Positions 57,322-64,000 of a DNA stretch of 64,000 bases are shown here, piece after piece; positions within the stretch are counted from its first letter, which is position 1; each line of letters opens with the position of its first letter. The position numbers and the translations under genes were made by a program. The notes under the pieces were generated by a model, which did not search any database, was not told the DNA's origin, and was given only the letters and a program-made list of their open reading frames with translations. This DNA comes from an uncultured Acidimicrobiaceae bacterium (GTDB lineage: Bacteria > Actinomycetota > Acidimicrobiia > Spongiisociales > ZC4RG35), in contig CAYYRT010000407.1 of NCBI GenBank assembly GCA_964474055.1, positions 1,110 through 65,109 of the forward strand, read 5' to 3'.

Positions 57322-58439
57322 GCCGGGCCCGGGTCGTGCTGGCCGGCTTCTATCCGCCGCCGTACGCGGGCGAGCCCATTCACGTCAAGCAGCTCGCTCG
57401 GTTCCTCCGGGACCGGGGCGTCGAGGTCGAGGTGCTGAACCTCAACCGGCACGCTCCTCCGAGCGATGAGTACCGCGGCGCCACGACGCCCTTCGCGCTG
57501 ATGCGCCTCCTCCTGACCATGCCCGGGCGCTCCTCCGTCCTGCACCTGCACACCAACGGGCATAGCTGGAAGAGCTGGCTCATGATCGCCGCCGCGGCCC
57601 TCGGCGCTCGCCTGAAGGGCACGCGCACGATCCTGACCATCCACTCCGGGCTGTTCCCCGGCTACGTCGCGACGCTCGGACGGCTCGCGCGCGCGCTGGC
57701 CAGGGCAATCCTTCGCTCCTTCGCGAAGGTGATCGGCGTCAACCGCGACATCGGCCGAGCCATGGAGGGCCTCGGCATCGGCGGCCCGGACCTCGCGGTC
57801 ATCCCCGCGTTCCTCGGAGTGCCGGACTCCGCGGCGCTCGCGCCGGAGGACCGCGCGCGCATCGACGGCTTCCGTCCGGTGCTGATGGTGGTCGGCGGGG
57901 GCGATCGCGACCCGGAGCAGGGCCTGCCGACGGTCATCGAGACACTGCCGGCGCTCATCGCGCTCTTCCCGCGACTGCGCGCGATCTTCGTCGGCTGGCA
58001 GGTCGGACTCAAGACGAATCCGCTCCTCGCGGCGGGCGGCCTGGGTGAGCATGCGCTCTGCCTCGGCGAGATCTCGCACGAGCGGTGCCTGGGCTTCCTG
58101 CAGCAAGCCGACGTGGTCGTCCGGTCCACCTTCGCCGACGGGGACGCCATCACGGTTCGCGAAGGCCTCGATCTGGGCGTTCCCGTGGTCGCCAGCGACA
58201 CCGCCTTCCGCCCGCCCGGGGTCGTCCTGTTCCGGAAGGGCGACAGCCGGGATCTGCTGGCCAAGCTGACGGACGTGCTCGCGGTGCCGGCGGCCGGCCG
58301 CGAGGCCTCGGCGGGCGCGGTGACTCCGGCCCAGAGCCTCTGGCAGATCTACGCGGAGCTGGTGGGCGGCGATGGCACGGCGGGCTCCTGCGCCACCCCA
58401 CCGCGGCGTCAAGGGCGCGCGCCGGTGACCCCGCCATGA
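57318..58439 (+). CDS. Glycosyltransferase-like protein (GT-B fold, GT4-like).
   Basis: N-terminal ..VLAGFYPPPYAGEPIHVKQL.. and C-terminal ..DAITVREGLDLGVPVVASD.. resemble GT4 halves. ATGA overlap with the upstream gene. Confidence 0.55.
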   Translation: MSRARVVLAGFYPPPYAGEPIHVKQLARFLRDRGVEVEVLNLNRHAPPSDEYRGATTPFALMRLLLTMPGRSSVLHLHTNGHSWKSWLMIAAAALGARLKGTRTILTIHSGLFPGYVATLGRLARALARAILRSFAKVIGVNRDIGRAMEGLGIGGPDLAVIPAFLGVPDSAALAPEDRARIDGFRPVLMVVGGGDRDPEQGLPTVIETLPALIALFPRLRAIFVGWQVGLKTNPLLAAGGLGEHALCLGEISHERCLGFLQQADVVVRSTFADGDAITVREGLDLGVPVVASDTAFRPPGVVLFRKGDSRDLLAKLTDVLAVPAAGREASAGAVTPAQSLWQIYAELVGGDGTAGSCATPPRRQGRAPVTPP

Positions 58440-60552
58440 ACGCCCGCCGCCTGCTCCAGATGGGGCCGGCCGAGGTCTACGGTCGAGCCCGCCAGGAGAT
58501 CTCCAAGCTGGCCGACCGCCACGCGCCGGGCCTGCGGCCCGGGTCCCGCCCGGAGCAGCGGGTCGCCGCCGAGCTCCCGTCGCACCGCTTCTTCCCCGGC
58601 GCCCTGGACCCGGCGACCATCCCCGCGCTCGATCGTCTGGTGCCCGGAAGCCGGCGTCGGGTGCTGGAGGCCGCCGAGTCGCTCCTGGGCAATCGCTTCG
58701 ACCTGCTCGGCCATCGTGCCCTCGACTTCGGCGACCCGATCGACTGGCATCTGGATCCGGTGAGCGGCCGCCGAGCGCCGCTCCGGCACTGGAGCCTGAT
58801 CGATCCGTTGGACGCCGACGTCGTGGGCGACAGCAAGGTGATCTGGGAGCTGAGCCGTCACCAGTGGCTGGTCCGGCTGGCCCAGGCCCATCGCCTGACC
58901 GGCGACGACCGGTTCGCGATGGCGTGCGCCGCGCAGGTCACGGCGTGGCTCGACCGGAACCCCCGCGGCATGGGTATCAACTGGGCCAGCAGCCTCGAGG
59001 TGGCCTTCCGCCTGATGTCCTGGTCGTGGGTGCTGCACCTCCTCCATGACGCCCCGGTCTGGCCCGCGGGGCTGCGCGAGCGCATGCTGGCGTCGCTCAG
59101 CGCGCACGCAAGCCACGTCGAGCGGTATCTCTCGCACTACTTCTCGCCGAACACGCACCTGACCGGCGAAGCGCTCGGCCTCTTCCATGCGGGGGGGATC
59201 TTTCCCGGCCTGCCCCGCGCCGCACGGTGGCGCGACCTGGGCCGGAGCATCCTGGAGCGTGAGGCGCTGCGCCAGATCCTCCCCGACGGCGTGTACTTCG
59301 AGCAGTCCACCTGCTATCAGCGCTACACGGCGGAGATCTACCTCCAGTTCATCGCGCTGTCCGAGCACAACGGCCTGGAGGTGTCCGGTGCCGTCCGGGA
59401 GCGAATCGGGCGGCTGCTGGACGCCTTGCTGGCATTGCTCGGCCCCGACAGGTCCATGCCCCGGATCGGCGACGCCGACGGCGGCTGGCTCCTGCCGCTC
59501 GACCTGCGGGCGGCCGATGACGCCCGCGGGGTGTTCTCGACCGCCGCGGTGGTCTTCGAGCGGCCCGACTACGCCTGGGCTTCGGAGGGCCTCCAGGCGG
59601 AGACGCTCTGGCTCCTGGGCCCGTCGGCTGCCGCGGCCATGGCGCGGCTGTCGCCCCACCCGCCGCGCTCCGCGCCGTCCCAGGTTCTTCCGCATGGCGG
59701 TTACGCGGTCCTGCGGGAGCACTGGCGGCCGGACGCCGACCAGGTGATCCTCGACGTCGGTCCGCTCGGCTGTCCGAACAGCAGCGGGCACGGGCACGCG
59801 GACCTGCTGGCCCTGCAGTGCTCGTTCCGGGGACGCCCGTACGTGGTGGACCCCGGCACCCTGGGCTACACCGCCACCGGCGGCGACCGCGCGCACTTCC
59901 GCGCGACCGCCGCGCACAGCACGATCGAGGTGGATGGCCGGGGCCAGGCCGTGCCGCGCGGCCCCTTCGGCTGGCACGCCAGGCCCCGCGCGCGGCTGCT
60001 CCGCTTCGGAGCCAACGACGCTTCGCTGCACTTCGCCGAGGGCGCGCATCGCGCCTACGAGGACCTTCCCGGCTCGGTGCGCCACCGCCGCGGCGTGATC
60101 CTCACCCGGGCGCCGGGGTTCTGCGTGGTCGTGGACGATCTGGGCGGCGCCGGCGAGCATCACCTTGATCTGCGATTCCAGCTCGCCCCCATGCCGGTCG
60201 CCGTCACCGGGGACCAGTGGGTCCGGGCGGGCATGCCCGGCGCGGAGGGTCTGTTGATCCGCGCATTCTCGACCGTCACGGTGAAGGCCACGGTGGCCGA
60301 GGGGGATCTCGAGCCGCGCCGGGGCTGGATCGCTCCGGTCTACGGGGTCCAGATGCCGGCGCCGATGCTGGTCTACTCGCTCGTCGCGGCGCTCCCCGTC
60401 CGGCTCGTCACCATCCTGCTGCCGACGGACTGCGGCATCGACCCGTCGTCCATCGCGCCCATCGTCCGCGACGGCGTGCTGACCGGGCTCTCGCTGGATG
60501 GCGATCGCGCCCGCCTGTTCCTGGACGGGCCGTCGCTCGAGCGGCCGACGCC

Positions 60553-60556
<4 letters not shown>
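58436..60556 (+). CDS. Heparinase II/III-like protein (polysaccharide-lyase-like, alginate-lyase / heparinase II/III family).
   Basis: 706 aa. N-terminal alpha/alpha-toroid-like region (..WELSRHQWLVRLAQA..) and C-terminal ..GHGHADLLAL.. / ..HSTIEVDG.. blocks characteristic of Hepar_II_III_N and C domains. Confidence 0.6.
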
Positions 60557-63311
<2,755 letters not shown>

Positions 63312-63315
63312 CCCC

Positions 63316-64000
63316 ATGCGGATTCTCTGGGTCAAGGTCGGCGGGCTCTGGCCGCTCGACATGGGCGGGCGCCTGCGGAGCTTCAATACCATCGCCGAGC
63401 TCGCGCGCCGGCACCGCGTGACCGTGCTGACCACGCACGGGCCCGCGGACGACACCGAGGGGCTCGCGGCCCGGCTGACGGCGTGCGAGCGCATCGTCTC
63501 GGTGCCCCACGCGATTCCGAAGGCGGGGACACCCCGCTTCGCGGCGGCCCTGGCCCGGTCCTGGCTCTCGCCCTACCCGGTCGACCTGTGGAAGTGCCGG
63601 GTCCCCGCGCTTCAGGCCCATGTCCGGGAGGCCCTGGCCGCGGGCGTGGACGTGTGCGTGGCCGATTTCCTCGTCGCCATGCCGAACGTGCCGGCCGGTG
63701 GGCGGGCGCCCATCCTCCTCTTCGAGCACAACGTCGAGTATCTGATCTGGAAGCGGCTCCACGACGTCGAGCGCGGCACCCTTCGCCGGGCCCTGCTCGG
63801 CATCGAGTGGCGGAAGATGCGCCGCTACGAAGCGCGGGCCTGCCGGCGCGCGGCGCTCACCGTCGCCGTCTCCGAGGCCGACCGCGCGCTGCTCGGGGCC
63901 GGTGCCCGCGATGCCGACATCCGCGCGATCCCCACCGGGGTGGACACGACCTACTTCCACCCCAACGGGACCGTGGAGAAGCCCGCCACGCTGGTCTTCA
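63316..64000 (+). CDS. 3'-truncated glycosyltransferase family 4 (PEP-CTERM/EpsH1-associated sugar-transferase type). Continues beyond the window.
   Basis: N-terminus MRILWVKVGGLWPLDMGGRLRSF.. is paralogous to 11471-12685. The frame is open to the end of the window. Confidence 0.6.
   Translation, partial: MRILWVKVGGLWPLDMGGRLRSFNTIAELARRHRVTVLTTHGPADDTEGLAARLTACERIVSVPHAIPKAGTPRFAAALARSWLSPYPVDLWKCRVPALQAHVREALAAGVDVCVADFLVAMPNVPAGGRAPILLFEHNVEYLIWKRLHDVERGTLRRALLGIEWRKMRRYEARACRRAALTVAVSEADRALLGAGARDADIRAIPTGVDTTYFHPNGTVEKPATLVF

Overview
This window is a high-GC (~68%) bacterial chromosomal segment that is almost entirely a polysaccharide (EPS) biosynthesis super-locus of the exosortase / PEP-CTERM-associated type. 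It forms two long same-strand (+) operons. The gene content is consistent with a Gram-negative EPS locus that encodes its own regulator and donor-precursor supply.

- **Operon 1 (~1.2-40.0 kb):** about 31 genes, most joined by overlapping stop/start codons (ATGA/TGATG). It starts behind a perfect sigma-54 promoter and contains the following.
  - Initiation and export core: a priming polyprenyl-phosphate sugar transferase and a fused Wzz-like/BY-kinase (Wzc-like).
  - Sugar-precursor enzymes: an NDP-sugar dehydrogenase, an SDR epimerase, UDP-GlcNAc 2-epimerase and a C-terminally short GlmS-like protein.
  - Modification enzymes: two polysaccharide deacetylases and a FemAB-like protein.
  - Transfer and amidation enzymes: at least seven GT4/GT2 glycosyltransferases, two glutamine-dependent asparagine-synthetase (AsnB) paralogs and one AsnB-like protein lacking the N-terminal Cys.
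  - An O-antigen-ligase-like (Wzy_C) membrane protein.
  - A notable cassette: CapK-like adenylating enzyme, CelD/GNAT-like protein, GNAT, acyl carrier protein, GT2, AMP-dependent ligase, Orn/DAP-type PLP decarboxylase, DegT-like aminotransferase, GT4.
  - At the 3' end, a ~1000-aa secreted beta-propeller protein with two CxxCH motifs and a PSCyt1-like C-terminus.
- **Convergent minus-strand genes (40.0-42.6 kb):** a secreted beta-propeller protein and a right-handed beta-helix protein.
- **Small regulatory island (42.7-44.4 kb):**
  - a degenerate GGDEF protein (I-site kept, A-site lost);
  - a DUF4242-like protein;
  - a ~600-bp low-GC leader containing a second perfect sigma-54 promoter.
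- **Operon 2 (44.4-64.0 kb, continues beyond the window):**
  - sigma-54 enhancer-binding response regulator (PrsR-like, atypical receiver);
  - Wzz chain-length determinant, ExeA-like AAA ATPase, BY-tyrosine kinase;
  - second priming sugar transferase, GT2, Zn-ribbon/SAM methyltransferase, second Wzy_C-like protein;
  - two more AsnB paralogs;
  - GT4s, a heparinase II/III-like protein and a hypothetical protein.
- **Not found in the window:** exosortase (xrtA/epsH), epsI, wza, wzx and any PEP-CTERM substrate proteins. These presumably lie outside. No tRNA, rRNA, CRISPR or mobile elements were recognised.

All calls rest on motifs read directly from the translations; no database search was possible.
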